A stretch of DNA of 64,000 nt, from assembly GCA_023150835.1 (NCBI GenBank), contig JAKLKB010000033.1, forward strand, positions 2,411 to 66,410, given 5' to 3'. Under the pieces are notes generated by a model. The model had not been told where the DNA came from. It ran no database searches and was given only the letters and a program-made list of their open reading frames with translations. The position numbers and the translations under genes are program-made. Source of the DNA: Myxococcota bacterium (GTDB taxonomy: Bacteria; Myxococcota_C; UBA6777). Positions 10,024 through 22,243 of this stretch are shown piece by piece (positions within the stretch are counted from its first letter, which is position 1; each line of letters opens with the position of its first letter).

Positions 10024-11463
10024 TTAGGGGGCTGTTTGGCAGAAGCCGTCGCTGCCGCATTTTACGCCCGAGGGGCAGTCGCAGTCGGCCTTGCAAGCGA
10101 GTTTGGGTTCATTTTTGGGGGCTTCTGCGCAAACCGAGTCTTGTCCGCACACTTGGCCGGTGGGGCATTCGCAGCTTGCGCGGCAAGATTTGACACAAGC
10201 ATTTTGGCGGCAAACTTGACCGGATTGGCAGCCTGCGTCCGAGCTACAGCCCGATTTGCAGGATTTGGTGGCGGCATCGCAGTATTTGCCGGCTCCACAA
10301 GCAGCGTCAGAGGTGCAACCTTCTTTGCAGGACTTGGTGGTGGCATCGCAGTATTTGCCGGCTCCGCAAGCAGCGTCGGAGGTGCAGCCTGCTTTACAAG
10401 TTCCAGCATCGCAGTATTGTCCGGCTCCGCAAGCAGCGTCAGAGGTACAAGGAGCGGTTTTGCACTGTGTATTTTCGCAGACTTGGCTCGACCCGCAGTC
10501 TTCGTTGCGACGGCAGCCCGTTTTGCAGGTACCGGCTTCGCAGATCTTGCCGGTGCCGCAGTCGGCATCGCGGGTACATTGGGTGGCGGCACATTTTCCG
10601 TTGGTGCAGGCTTGACCGCGAGGACAATCGTTGGTGCTTTTGCAACCATCGACGCATTGGCTAGAAACACAGATCTGTCCGAGTTTGCATTCTTTGTCGC
10701 TTGCACAGGAGGGGAGGCGCTCTTTGCACACGCCGCTGGCACAGATCTTTCCGTCGGCACAATCGGCATCACGGCGGCAACCTTCGGCGCAAGGAGTTCC
10801 GGCGGTTTTGCAGATCGTTCCGAGTTTGCAGTCTGCGTCGGTTTTGCAAGCGTCGGTTTTGCAGCCGCCTTGGATACAGAGTTGGCCATTGCTGCAATCG
10901 TTGTCGGTGTTGCATCCTTGGCGGCACTGATTTTGGCTACAGACTTGGCCGCGAGGACACTCGGCATCAGCGCGACAACCTTCGGCGCAAGTGCCCGAGA
11001 GGCAGATCTTGCCTGTGGTGCAATCTTTGTCCGCAGAGCATTGGGGTTTGGGCGGATCGGTCGGAGCGGGTTTGGTTCCGCCGTTAGGATAGCAGATACC
11101 GTCGCGGCAATCGCAGGGACGATCCAAGCTGCAATCCTTGGCAGTGGTGCAGTTGGGTCGACAGGAGCCTTCGACACAAGATTCGTTGGGAGCGCAGTGG
11201 GTGTTGCGTCGGCATTCTGCGGGAGCGTTGGGATCGACGGTGCAACGGCGCGCCAAACAGACTTGGCCCATCGGGCAATGTGCATCACGGAAACAATCAT
11301 TTTGGGTTTGAGGGGGATTGGTTTGTCCACCGCTACAGTAGGGATCCCAAGAATAGATATCGCAGTAGCTTCCGCCGTGATAACCACAAAAGCAGCCCGT
11401 GAACAGGACGGCGGGTGTAAGGAAAAGACTCATCAGTAGAAAACGGATCTTAACGCGGTTCAT
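10024..11463 (-). CDS. Secreted cysteine-rich repeat protein of the Myxococcus-type cysteine-rich repeat kind, about 20 tandem 'C-x-x-D-x-D-C-x-x-G-Q-x-C-x-x-G-x-C' modules.
   Basis: Signal peptide 'MNRVKIRFLLMSLFLTPAVLFTGC'. RBS 'aaggag' 7 nt upstream. Highly regular Cys spacing across the protein. The antisense ORFs in both other frames are repeat artefacts. Confidence 0.7.
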   Translation of the reverse strand: MNRVKIRFLLMSLFLTPAVLFTGCFCGYHGGSYCDIYSWDPYCSGGQTNPPQTQNDCFRDAHCPMGQVCLARRCTVDPNAPAECRRNTHCAPNESCVEGSCRPNCTTAKDCSLDRPCDCRDGICYPNGGTKPAPTDPPKPQCSADKDCTTGKICLSGTCAEGCRADAECPRGQVCSQNQCRQGCNTDNDCSNGQLCIQGGCKTDACKTDADCKLGTICKTAGTPCAEGCRRDADCADGKICASGVCKERLPSCASDKECKLGQICVSSQCVDGCKSTNDCPRGQACTNGKCAATQCTRDADCGTGKICEAGTCKTGCRRNEDCGSSQVCENTQCKTAPCTSDAACGAGQYCDAGTCKAGCTSDAACGAGKYCDATTKSCKEGCTSDAACGAGKYCDAATKSCKSGCSSDAGCQSGQVCRQNACVKSCRASCECPTGQVCGQDSVCAEAPKNEPKLACKADCDCPSGVKCGSDGFCQTAP

Positions 11464-11857
11464 TGTTTTTCTCCTTCCATGTACTGGAGGTGCCTCGCTG
11501 GCAGTGCGGGCCGCGTGAGTGAGTGAGTTGACGCGATTTTTCTTTCCAACAAATATGCCAAAGATTTGCGATCTTCGTTTTCCTCAGATTTGGCGAAGAA
11601 CACCTGATCGAGGAGGCAGGATCGTTTGTGTGGCTCAGAACGTTGGAAGGGGGCGTGAGCTTACAGTCGGGGCGTCGAAAGTTCTGGTGGGGTGGGGTGA
11701 AAGGCGGCCCCTTGTTGGGGAAAAGGGATGGAGTATCATGGCCAAGCGTTGTGGATAAGGGTTTATCCACAAGGAAGGCTTTCATCCAATCCACCAACGA
11801 ACGCGGGCATCCAACCCGATCTGTTGCATCGATCCGATATTGTGGGGGCTTTTTGAG

Positions 11858-14758
11858 ATGACGATAGAGGAAGAACATCGAGCGCTGTTGCGTGCTGGAC
11901 TCTTGCCCGAAGGCGTAGAGATCGAATCCATCTTGTGGGGGGTGATATCGGGTGGGCGCCTCGAAGGGCGCGAGGGGATCTTGTTTTTGGCGGGAGTGTG
12001 GTGGGGGTTTTATGGTCGTGACTTTGTGTATTTGACGATGTATGCGGGCTTTGTGGGCGCATTGTCAGGACTCTCGCGTTGTGAAGGGCCACTTGTGACA
12101 GGCGACACGATGGAGTCCTATCTTCTCGAAGGGATCGTCGAAGGCGAAGGTCGTTCCGAACAACGCTATTTTTTTACTCCCAACGCAGAGACGTATCGCC
12201 GTCGCCCCGAAGAGATCGCGGCTTTTTTTGCGGCATTGCGCCAACGTGTGAACAATCAGATCCACCCCGATGCTTTGGGTTTGTTTCGCCAAGGGATGGC
12301 GCATTGGGACGCGGGCCACTTGCGGGATGCCGAAGAGCTTCTTGCCGCAGCGGGTCGCATCGATCCGCGAAGTGCGATACCTGCTTTTGTGTTGGGGCAG
12401 TTGTTATTGGAGCAAGGAGGCCGTAGCCGCGAGGCTTTGCAACAATTACAGATCGCTCAACAACGGCTGTTTGAAGATCCCCCTGCCTTGTTCCTTGCGT
12501 TGGCTCAAGCCCATCAACAAGCCGGCGATCTTCGATCGGCTGAGCGCGAAGCTCGGGCATCTCTCCAACACCAAGAAAGCGCAGAAGCGCATTTTTTACT
12601 TGCTGAGATCGCCTCGCAACAGTCGAGACTGCGGGAGCGTGCGCAACATTTGAAGCAGGCCGTTGCGCTTGATCCGAACGGACCCTACGCACCGTGGCTT
12701 GCGTATGATGCCACGCAAGAAAAGGATTGGGGTCACGCACGACAACACCTTTCGCGCCTTTCCAAAGAGCAGCAAAGCCACCCTGCAGCGTTGCTTTCCC
12801 AAGCCTATCTTGCCCATCACGAGGGGCATATCGGTGAGGCGATCGCCCTCGCACGAAAAGCCGCAGCCCAAGATCCCGGACTTGCTGCGGCGTCGCTCGC
12901 CATCGAACGGTGGGATATCTCAAGCGAAACAACGCCAGAACGCACTGCGCCCCAAGAGTCCAGAGAACAAGCAACCGAAACAACTCACCTCGCTGCGGAG
13001 ATGCTGATGTGGCTTCATGAACAAGAACAACGTTTGTCGCGTGAAGAGATCCCTCGGATGCTCCAAGAACTTTCCGCACAGATCGAGATCTTTTCGGAGC
13101 AATGGGGTGCTTATTTGGTGATGTGCTTGTTGCGTGGTGAGTCCCTTGATCAAGCGATGGAAGCGTTGCAATCGCGTCTTCGTGAAGGGATGACCGAACA
13201 AGCGCGGGGGTTTTTGCAGCGAGCGCGAGGCTGGTTGCACGATCAATGGGCGGCTTTCCTCTCACGCGAACAAGAACTGCCCTTGCGCACGGTCGTTGAC
13301 CTCCCTTTCTCGACCGAAGATCCCATCGCGATGACGGGGACATTCACACAACAACAACTGCTGCTGCGTTTGTTTGAACACGCAGAGATCCGCCTTGAGG
13401 CTCTGTTTTCTCAGCTTCTTCAGTGCACGCTGGGTCTTTTGGAGGGGGGGCTGGTGACACTTTTCTTGTTGGAGCTGCAACGTTTCGAGGAACAGCCCGA
13501 CGCGGGGCGTCTCGCTTCTTTGCTGCGTGACCGCTTGCGCCCGATCGCACAACGGCTTGCGATCTACCTCAAGGCGTGGATGCACCAACATATCGATCTC
13601 TTGGAAACGGCGATCGGTCGCCTGTTGGAGCTCCCGATCCCGCCGCACGAACCCTCCCCTCATCTCTCCGAACCTCTGCGGCCTCTCGATGCACCGATCC
13701 TCGCCGAAACATCGGCTCTTGAGATCCCCATGCACCGAGGTGAAACCACTGCTCTCCCTTTGATCTCCGCCTCCCCAACTCTTCACCCTCAAACCTCGGC
13801 ATCTTCGGGAGCCTCGGCATCCTCGGGAGCCTCGGCATCCTCGATCATGTCGGCATCTTCGGCGTCCTCGGCATCCTCCCAAATCTCCAATAATCCGCCT
13901 GTTTATCGGACCGAGCGTGTAGAGGCCCTTCTCGACGCCCCACCCCTCCAAGCTCCGCCGAGTCCGCCTCCCACAAACGCTCCGCCTTCTCGAATCGCCA
14001 GCAAGTCCTCGATCTCTGTCTCCAGCGCCCCCGGGGGAGGGCTGTTCTTTCTGCCCAAACTACCGGGCGAAGATCAACGCTCCGAAGCGATTCCTTCGAC
14101 ACATCGGCCCTCTTCTTCGCCACGCTCGGCTCCTGTGTCCTCTCCCGCAAACACTGTCCCTTCCAAACAGAATCCGCTGTCAGGAGCCGCAAAAGCCTAC
14201 CGCGTCTCTGCGCTGTCGCCTTCTGGCTCAAATCCTCTTTTCTCTTCTTCCGCGTCGGGTCCTTCTTCGCATGCGACTCCTTCGCTTACAGAGCGCGTCT
14301 TGATTACCGCGATCCAGCCCGATACTTCGGACGCCTCTTCTCCTCATGCCCCAGCATCCGAGCCAATCGCTGTTTCGTTGATGACTGCTGCCTCGTCTTC
14401 GGTGCCATCCCTGCGCCACGATGAGACGACAGCACTAGACACTTCGACGCTGCGTCCACAGATTGCTGGGGAAGAAACGCCGCCCACTCCTTTCCCTGCG
14501 GTCGCGGCAGACGAGATCCCACCTGATCCACAAGACGACCCCATCGGATGGGCTTATGCGATGTATCGACGCGCTTTTCAATCGCTCGGCCACGCAGAGC
14601 CACCCACTCCCAAAGAGCGTTTTGTGCGGATTCTCGAAACCAAGGTGCATGCTTGGAAACAACGCACCGGCCAAGATCCCGATATCTACGTGGAGATCGA
14701 ACATGGACGCCCGCAGATCAAGCTGCGCGAGCGCGAAACCCCGAGGAGTCGAACGTGA
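11858..14758 (+). CDS. TPR-containing protein with a long Ser/Pro-rich disordered C-terminal half, including an 'ASSGAS' nucleotide-perfect repeat.
   Basis: The ORF start at 11840 is TTG; the first in-frame ATG is 11858. TPR-like helical region 'LGQLLLEQGGRSREALQQLQIAQ…'. The stop overlaps the GTG start of the next gene (GTGA). Confidence 0.5.
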   Translation: MTIEEEHRALLRAGLLPEGVEIESILWGVISGGRLEGREGILFLAGVWWGFYGRDFVYLTMYAGFVGALSGLSRCEGPLVTGDTMESYLLEGIVEGEGRSEQRYFFTPNAETYRRRPEEIAAFFAALRQRVNNQIHPDALGLFRQGMAHWDAGHLRDAEELLAAAGRIDPRSAIPAFVLGQLLLEQGGRSREALQQLQIAQQRLFEDPPALFLALAQAHQQAGDLRSAEREARASLQHQESAEAHFLLAEIASQQSRLRERAQHLKQAVALDPNGPYAPWLAYDATQEKDWGHARQHLSRLSKEQQSHPAALLSQAYLAHHEGHIGEAIALARKAAAQDPGLAAASLAIERWDISSETTPERTAPQESREQATETTHLAAEMLMWLHEQEQRLSREEIPRMLQELSAQIEIFSEQWGAYLVMCLLRGESLDQAMEALQSRLREGMTEQARGFLQRARGWLHDQWAAFLSREQELPLRTVVDLPFSTEDPIAMTGTFTQQQLLLRLFEHAEIRLEALFSQLLQCTLGLLEGGLVTLFLLELQRFEEQPDAGRLASLLRDRLRPIAQRLAIYLKAWMHQHIDLLETAIGRLLELPIPPHEPSPHLSEPLRPLDAPILAETSALEIPMHRGETTALPLISASPTLHPQTSASSGASASSGASASSIMSASSASSASSQISNNPPVYRTERVEALLDAPPLQAPPSPPPTNAPPSRIASKSSISVSSAPGGGLFFLPKLPGEDQRSEAIPSTHRPSSSPRSAPVSSPANTVPSKQNPLSGAAKAYRVSALSPSGSNPLFSSSASGPSSHATPSLTERVLITAIQPDTSDASSPHAPASEPIAVSLMTAASSSVPSLRHDETTALDTSTLRPQIAGEETPPTPFPAVAADEIPPDPQDDPIGWAYAMYRRAFQSLGHAEPPTPKERFVRILETKVHAWKQRTGQDPDIYVEIEHGRPQIKLRERETPRSRT

Positions 14759-17505
14759 TCGGCCAACCTATCGTTGCTCTCCCCCCTCTCCAAGACATCC
14801 CCTTCTCCGACTTCCCTTTGCAACTCCCTTCCCGCATCCGCGATCCACACGCTCGCTTTCACCACCAAAAAGGCCCCGCTCGTGTCCTCGCAAGCGAACA
14901 CCAGTGCTATCTTCATCTGCTCTTGCCCTACCACCAAGGGCTTTTTCCCCGCTGGTGGGCCTTGCGCTGGATGCACGAAGTCGAGGAGTTGGAAAAACGC
15001 CCTGCCCAACAAGAGCTTTTTTTCCAAGTCTGCGCGTTGGATATCCGCCGCTGTCAGGGCTGGGTCGAGATCGAATACACCTTCCCGCTTGAACACTTTC
15101 TCTCCGATGCGCAGATGCGCGCTGCACGCGATCTTGCGGGACTCGATCTGGCTTTGTGGGAGCGCTTTTGCGAGATCGGGGCGACCGATATCTGCCAAGA
15201 CGCCGAAGAAGACGCGCTGATCGCATGGATGGCGCGTTTGCATATGCTGGTTGCCGAGCGCATGATCCATCCCTTGTTGTGCGGAGATGTCCGCGATCTC
15301 AAAGCGATATCGTCCTTTGTGCGCGCAGACCTCGAAAAAATGGAGCGCTTTCGCTCTCCTTCGGGCTTTGTCGAACTGGTCTTCGATCAAGAAGTCCAAC
15401 AGTTTTTGTGTGACTTCGAGGAGATGCGCTCACACGGCGACGCTGATCTCGCCCACGATTCTCTCCAAGATATGCTCCACCGCCATCCACAACACGCCGC
15501 GTTGCTAGAGATCGCCGCACGCGAAGCCCTCGAACAACACAACCCCCGCCGCGCCTTACAACACCTCCAGCACGCTTTGCTCGATGATTGTTTTCCCCGA
15601 AAAGACCGACTTTTTTTACTCCGTGCCAAAGCACACCAATCCCTCCACCAAGACCAAGACGCCCTCCAAGAACTCGAACAAGCTCTACTCCAAAACCCCG
15701 CACAGATGGACGTTTGGTTGATTCGGGCTGAGATCTTTTCGCAACAGCAGCAACACGCTCGCGCCCAACGTTGCCTTGACTCGCTGCGTGAACAAGCACC
15801 CGCATGGCGCGGTCTCCATTTCCAATACGCTCTTCTTGCCCAACATCAGGGACTTCTAAAAGAGGCGCTTGATGCTTTCCGCGCAGAAGTCGAATTCCAT
15901 CCCGATCATCAAGAAGCGATCTCTGCTGTGTTGGATCTGGCCCAACAACGGGGAGATCATGCCTTATACAAGCTCTATGCTCGCAAGCGCGACCGCCTCG
16001 CACACAAACAACGAAAAAGCGCTGCCGCGTACACTTCGTCTGTTTCGTTTGAAGATCTCGAGGCGCTTTGTTGCCAAGCCGAAGCGTTGTTTTCGTCTCC
16101 TGTTCGTCGTTGGAGATCAGCGTTTTCTTCTTCGGATGAATCGGATGCTTTTGATGCGGACGCTTATCACGACGACGATATCCCCCTCGAAGAGGCCCTG
16201 TATTGGGCCGATGATACGCCTTGGATAGACTCTGTTCTTGAGTATGGCCCCGCTTCGTCAGATATCTTTTCCTCGGAAGATCCGACCTCTTCTCGCTTTG
16301 ATGTTTTTTCTTCGGAAGATCCGACATCTTCTCGCTTTGATGCTTTTTCTTCGGAAGATCCGACATCTTCTCGCTTTGATGCTTTTTCTTCGGAAGATCC
16401 GACCTCTTCTCGCTTTTTGGAAGGCTCTTCACCTTCTGATCGGTATGATACCGCTTGTCGGCCTCGATCTTTTGGGGGCTTTGTCGCCCCTCAAAAAAAG
16501 TACACGCCTGTTCCTGAAAAGCCCGTTGTCAAGCACACGCCTGTTTCTGAAAGGCAAGCCTTCAAGTACGCGCCTGTTTCTCAAAAGCAGGAGATCGCGT
16601 TGCCTGCGGGTTGTTTTGCGGTAGACGATTCGTTTTTTGCGCGTCTCGGCAGTTTTCGCTACCACGGGATCGGGATTGCTTATGAGGGAGCAACGTACCG
16701 TGTCTCGATGGTGTTTCGCCACCTCGATATCCCATTGCCACAACTACAGTCGTTGGCGTTTCGGCGCGATGTTGCGCGGTTGTTGATCGAACGAGAAGGC
16801 GATGACGTGATCGTGTTGTTGCGCCTTTTTCCAAAACCGCATCTGGATGTGCAGCAGTGGTTGTCTCGATGGGGGCTCGGAGAAGTGCCTTTGATCGCGG
16901 AGTGCCTAGAGCCTTCGGAGATCCGCTGCTCGCCTTCTGCCCGATGGGATCAACTTTATCGACGTCTGCTTGCGGTGATGATGGATGAGGTACGCGAGGC
17001 ATTGTTGCGCGGCGACCTGATGCCCTTGCGAGAGATCTCTCTTTGGCTCCAAGGCATCCGCCCAGAGAGCCATCCACAAATCCCTCTCTACACGGGACTT
17101 TCCACACACGATAGATCTTGTCCCAAGACCCACCCTGTGGCGTTGCACTTTTCTTCCATCCTTGAACAGCTTTTCGCCTACACACCCGCCGATCAGAGGT
17201 TGGCGCTTGGTGTGGAAGACTCTCTCCTTGTCGATGATCTGGGCCTTCTTCCCGGACTTTTCACGCCTCACCCTGAATCAAAACTCTTGCAGCTCGAAGA
17301 GATCCGTTTGCTTGCTTCTCACGATCCCCTCGCCGCGTTCTCTCGCCTTGCCCAATATACGCTCCAATATCGCCTATCTTCCGCTCTGTATGCACTCAAA
17401 GCTGAGATCTGCGATGCGCTGCTGCGCGCTCTCCCCGCCTCTTTGGAGTCCTCCGCTGTGCGCAACATCCAGTCTCGCGCTCTGTTGTTGCGAGATTCTT
17501 TTTAA
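14755..17505 (+). CDS. Hypothetical protein with a TPR-like region and two internal tandem repeats ('SSEDPTSSRFDAF' x4, 'KYTPVPEKPVV' x3).
   Basis: GTG at 14755 is preceded by 'gaggag' 7 nt upstream and overlaps the upstream stop (GTGA), implying translational coupling. The supplied ORF start at 14548 would overlap the previous gene by 210 nt. Confidence 0.5.
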   Translation: MIGQPIVALPPLQDIPFSDFPLQLPSRIRDPHARFHHQKGPARVLASEHQCYLHLLLPYHQGLFPRWWALRWMHEVEELEKRPAQQELFFQVCALDIRRCQGWVEIEYTFPLEHFLSDAQMRAARDLAGLDLALWERFCEIGATDICQDAEEDALIAWMARLHMLVAERMIHPLLCGDVRDLKAISSFVRADLEKMERFRSPSGFVELVFDQEVQQFLCDFEEMRSHGDADLAHDSLQDMLHRHPQHAALLEIAAREALEQHNPRRALQHLQHALLDDCFPRKDRLFLLRAKAHQSLHQDQDALQELEQALLQNPAQMDVWLIRAEIFSQQQQHARAQRCLDSLREQAPAWRGLHFQYALLAQHQGLLKEALDAFRAEVEFHPDHQEAISAVLDLAQQRGDHALYKLYARKRDRLAHKQRKSAAAYTSSVSFEDLEALCCQAEALFSSPVRRWRSAFSSSDESDAFDADAYHDDDIPLEEALYWADDTPWIDSVLEYGPASSDIFSSEDPTSSRFDVFSSEDPTSSRFDAFSSEDPTSSRFDAFSSEDPTSSRFLEGSSPSDRYDTACRPRSFGGFVAPQKKYTPVPEKPVVKHTPVSERQAFKYAPVSQKQEIALPAGCFAVDDSFFARLGSFRYHGIGIAYEGATYRVSMVFRHLDIPLPQLQSLAFRRDVARLLIEREGDDVIVLLRLFPKPHLDVQQWLSRWGLGEVPLIAECLEPSEIRCSPSARWDQLYRRLLAVMMDEVREALLRGDLMPLREISLWLQGIRPESHPQIPLYTGLSTHDRSCPKTHPVALHFSSILEQLFAYTPADQRLALGVEDSLLVDDLGLLPGLFTPHPESKLLQLEEIRLLASHDPLAAFSRLAQYTLQYRLSSALYALKAEICDALLRALPASLESSAVRNIQSRALLLRDSF

Positions 17506-17652
17506 CGCCGACCACACCGAGAAGATACGAGATCCGTCCGTGATGTGTGATCGAAGGGTTGTGCGTAGACGCCCTGTTCTTGGGCAGCCCCTACCTCTTT
17601 ACGCAGGGGCAGCCCCTACCTCTTGACGTGTACACAACGGGCGGATCTCGGA

Positions 17653-19464
17653 TTACGGGCTTGGGGCGGTGTCAGCGGGTGAGGGATCGTAGGGGATGCT
17701 GAACATCCCGAGATTGTTGGTGGTATGTCGTCCGATCAGGTGGGCGGGGCTGCGGTCGCCTTCTTGAAAGGCATGCAGTTCGACGGTGGCACCTTCGACG
17801 GGGAAGCCGTCTGGGGTGATGATCTGGGCAATCAAGAATTGGGCTTTGGGCAAAAGAGTTTGGATCTCGATTTGACCGCGTTGAACACGGAGATTGCGTT
17901 CCACTTTGCGGGCGAGGTCGGAGCCTGTTGGCGGGATGAAGATCAGATCGTAGAGTCCGGGATCGAGCAAAAGCTCGAAGCTACCGTCTTTTCCAGACAA
18001 CTGCGTTTGATACTGCGAAGCAGCCGAAGTTTCGGATGTGACTGAAACGCCTTGTGGATTGGAGGAGGCGCGCCAGACTGCGCGGATCTGCGTGCCAGAG
18101 ATCATGGTCTTGCATCCGCCTTGTTCGTCTTTGGAGCAGACGCGACCGCGCAGATCGGGTTTGGTTTCGAGGGTGATATCCATGTGATTTTGCATGATCG
18201 AGGAAGATTGGAAGACCGCACGCGCCCAACGGCTCGTGACGTTGGGCCAGACTTCCAGTTCATAACGCCCTTCGATGTAGGGGATCTGGTAGGCGCCGTT
18301 GCTATTGCTGGTCGTATCGAAGCGATAAGAGGCTTGAACGGGGGTGTTTTGGTGCGTACCGACCGAGATCTCGCCCCGCAATTGGAGGCGACAAGATGCG
18401 CAAGGAGAAGCGCCTTCTTGTTGGGGAGAGCGGATCTGGCCGATCAGATGGCCGGGTTTGGGGGCGCACAAGAAGGGCAGATCGCCGAGTGAGATCTGGC
18501 GGTCTTTGAGGGCCGCCAACTGGCCGAGCGGGATACGGATCTCTGGAATCATCCAAACGAGCGTGTCGTCAGGCTGTCGGCTTTCGTTCTGGCGAACGCG
18601 CAAAAAGGCGGGCTGGGCGATCAATCGGGCGTTTTCAACGGTGGTTTGAAGGCGGATCGAAAACTGGCCGTCCACTCCAAGGTTTTCGATGCCCGAGATC
18701 GTAAGTCCATGCTCAGAGAGCACATCGACTTGTAGACTTTGCGTGGCAAAGCCCGAAGGCAGGGGGACGAGGCTCTTTGCGGGCAGTAAGCGTCCTTGGA
18801 GGCGGATGTACTGGTCTTTTTCGGCGCTGGTGAGATCGTGTTGTGGGAGTGTGAGCGTGAGTTCTTGTTCACGGGTCACGCTGACTTTTTCGATGCGAAA
18901 GGGGGGCAAGCGCTTGTCTTCGGGGAGGACTTCGATGTCATAGACTCCGAAGGTAAGAGAGAGGGTAAAACGCCCGTCTGTGCGCTTGTCTTCTTGGTTG
19001 TTGACTTCCGAAACAAGGGGTTGCCCCGGGATGGTTTCGGTGTCGGTAAAGCGGAGCTTTGCGGGGACGGGTTGGCCGTTTTGAGTTTGAACGACCCCGT
19101 GTATCGGGAAGGTTTCGCGCATCCAGATCGGTCGATCGTGGATATCGGCGAGGTGGATGCCGAGGAATTGTTGGCGGATCAGCTTGTTTTGTTCGGCAGA
19201 TTTGGGGGAGGCTGGGGGGATGATCTGGAGGCTGTAGCGGTGGCCTGCGGCTGCGCTCGAAGCGCGGCAGTATCGGCGATAACAGCTTTGTCCTTGTAGG
19301 GTGCAATCGGCGTCCGTTTCACAAAGGCCGATGCCCGGGTCTTTGTTGAGATTGCCAGAGGGGGAGGCACAAGCAGCCAAGGACAGCAAGGCGACGAAGA
19401 CGCCCCACCATCCGATGTAAAACCATCTTTTTCTTTGAGATTCACGCATGACACAAACCATCAT
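17653..19464 (-). CDS. Putative lipoprotein (603 aa), function unknown.
   Basis: Signal peptide with lipobox 'LLSLAACASPSG'. A Cys-motif 'CETDADCTLQGQSCYRRYC' follows. Long ORF, consistent codon usage. Confidence 0.5.
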   Translation of the reverse strand: MMVCVMRESQRKRWFYIGWWGVFVALLSLAACASPSGNLNKDPGIGLCETDADCTLQGQSCYRRYCRASSAAAGHRYSLQIIPPASPKSAEQNKLIRQQFLGIHLADIHDRPIWMRETFPIHGVVQTQNGQPVPAKLRFTDTETIPGQPLVSEVNNQEDKRTDGRFTLSLTFGVYDIEVLPEDKRLPPFRIEKVSVTREQELTLTLPQHDLTSAEKDQYIRLQGRLLPAKSLVPLPSGFATQSLQVDVLSEHGLTISGIENLGVDGQFSIRLQTTVENARLIAQPAFLRVRQNESRQPDDTLVWMIPEIRIPLGQLAALKDRQISLGDLPFLCAPKPGHLIGQIRSPQQEGASPCASCRLQLRGEISVGTHQNTPVQASYRFDTTSNSNGAYQIPYIEGRYELEVWPNVTSRWARAVFQSSSIMQNHMDITLETKPDLRGRVCSKDEQGGCKTMISGTQIRAVWRASSNPQGVSVTSETSAASQYQTQLSGKDGSFELLLDPGLYDLIFIPPTGSDLARKVERNLRVQRGQIEIQTLLPKAQFLIAQIITPDGFPVEGATVELHAFQEGDRSPAHLIGRHTTNNLGMFSIPYDPSPADTAPSP

Positions 19465-19648
19465 CTTTACACAAAAAACAAACCAAAAAAGAATTCATCC
19501 ATCCACAACAGATCAACGGTCTCTCCTACGCAACAAACGTCCAACGGATCGCTTTGCTGAACAGGCAGATTGTCGAAAGCTAAGTCGCTGCTCTCAAACA
19601 ATCCAGAGAAGGATCAAAGCTTGCCTGAAAAAGTGAAAAAAACAAGGT

Positions 19649-19767
19649 CATACGAAATCCGCCCGTTGTGTGATCGTAAAAATGTCGGGGCAGACAGGTG
19701 TGGCTGCCCAACCACTGGGCGTCTACACGCTATTTTTCGATCATAGCTCACTCGGATATCGTCTCAG
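19649..19767 (+). repeat. REP-like intergenic element, copy 2 of 4.
   Basis: 'catacgaaatccgcccgttgtgtgatcgtaaaaatgtcggggcagacaggtgtggctgccc…ctcggatatcgtctcag'. Same family as 5196. Confidence 0.7.
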
Positions 19768-19783
19768 TCCTCTCTGATGGGCG

Positions 19784-20333
19784 TTATTCTTCCACGCGCA
19801 AGAGCCAGTACCAACGGACCCATTGTGTGCCTTCGGGCCAATCGATCTCGCCGCGACTGTTGGGGAATTGCCCGATCTGTCGAGGTTGCCGATCGCCGAT
19901 GATCAGTTCGAGAAGGACGCGGCTTTTGGGGACAAAGCGGGAGCTTTTGACGTTGATCAGACAAGTGATATCCGCTTCGCGGACGCCCGGGATGCGACCG
20001 AGTTGGCTGCGCAGGCTCGGTTCGACGGGAGGGATGGTTTGAGGGCAGCGGATCGATTCGGGGGGAGCTTGATCGCGGTTGATGAACCAGTAGGCGTACA
20101 AGAGGTCGTCTTCGTCGGGATCGAGCACACGGGGGACGGTGAATGTGACGGTCTCTTGGGCAGGATCGCTGAGCTTGATCGTCAGAAACGTTTCGGTGGG
20201 TGTGATGCCATCAAGCAAGATGCGAGGGGGTTGGTTTTGCGTTTGCTCATAGATCACGGGTGGGATGTACTGCACGCAGCCGAGGGCGGCAAGCCACAGC
20301 ACACAAACACCGACACACAGGGAAAAACAAGCG

Positions 20334-20353
<20 letters not shown>
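19784..20353 (-). CDS. Small signal-anchored or lipoprotein-like protein (190 aa). Its start overlaps the stop of the upstream sigma-54 activator gene.
   Basis: The in-frame ATG at 20353 begins 'MIRLNRDACFSLCVGVCVLWLAALGC'. The upstream part of the supplied ORF is S/T/K-rich and runs back over the activator's C-terminal coding region; only its first 20 nt (20353..20334) overlap a real coding sequence. Confidence 0.4.
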
Positions 20354-22139
<1,786 letters not shown>

Positions 22140-22243
22140 CGATCCTCGCTCCTTGCGCGAACAGCAACACGGCATTCCATCGCTCGGAACATAGCGCAGA
22201 CGCTTCTTGGTGAAAAGCACCCACCTTGAGAGCAGGTCGTCTT

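Noticed and set aside
9603-10193. Arg/Gly-rich 196-aa ORF in the TolC–cysteine-rich intergenic region.
   Set aside because: It has a junk-like basic composition and runs into the cysteine-rich gene antisense. No ribosome-binding site. I treat 9522-10023 as non-coding.
10036-11439. Long ORFs on the + strand (467 aa) and in a second minus frame (441 aa) overlapping the cysteine-rich gene.
   Set aside because: They come from the periodic GC-rich repeat structure (Ala/Gly-rich or Pro/Ala-rich translations). Only the frame with a signal peptide, a ribosome-binding site and regular Cys spacing is credible.
15299-16432. 377-aa minus-strand ORF with 'MSDLPKKKHQSEK' repeats.
   Set aside because: It is antisense to the SSEDPTSSRFDAF repeat of the + strand gene, which has better start context and a longer coherent frame.
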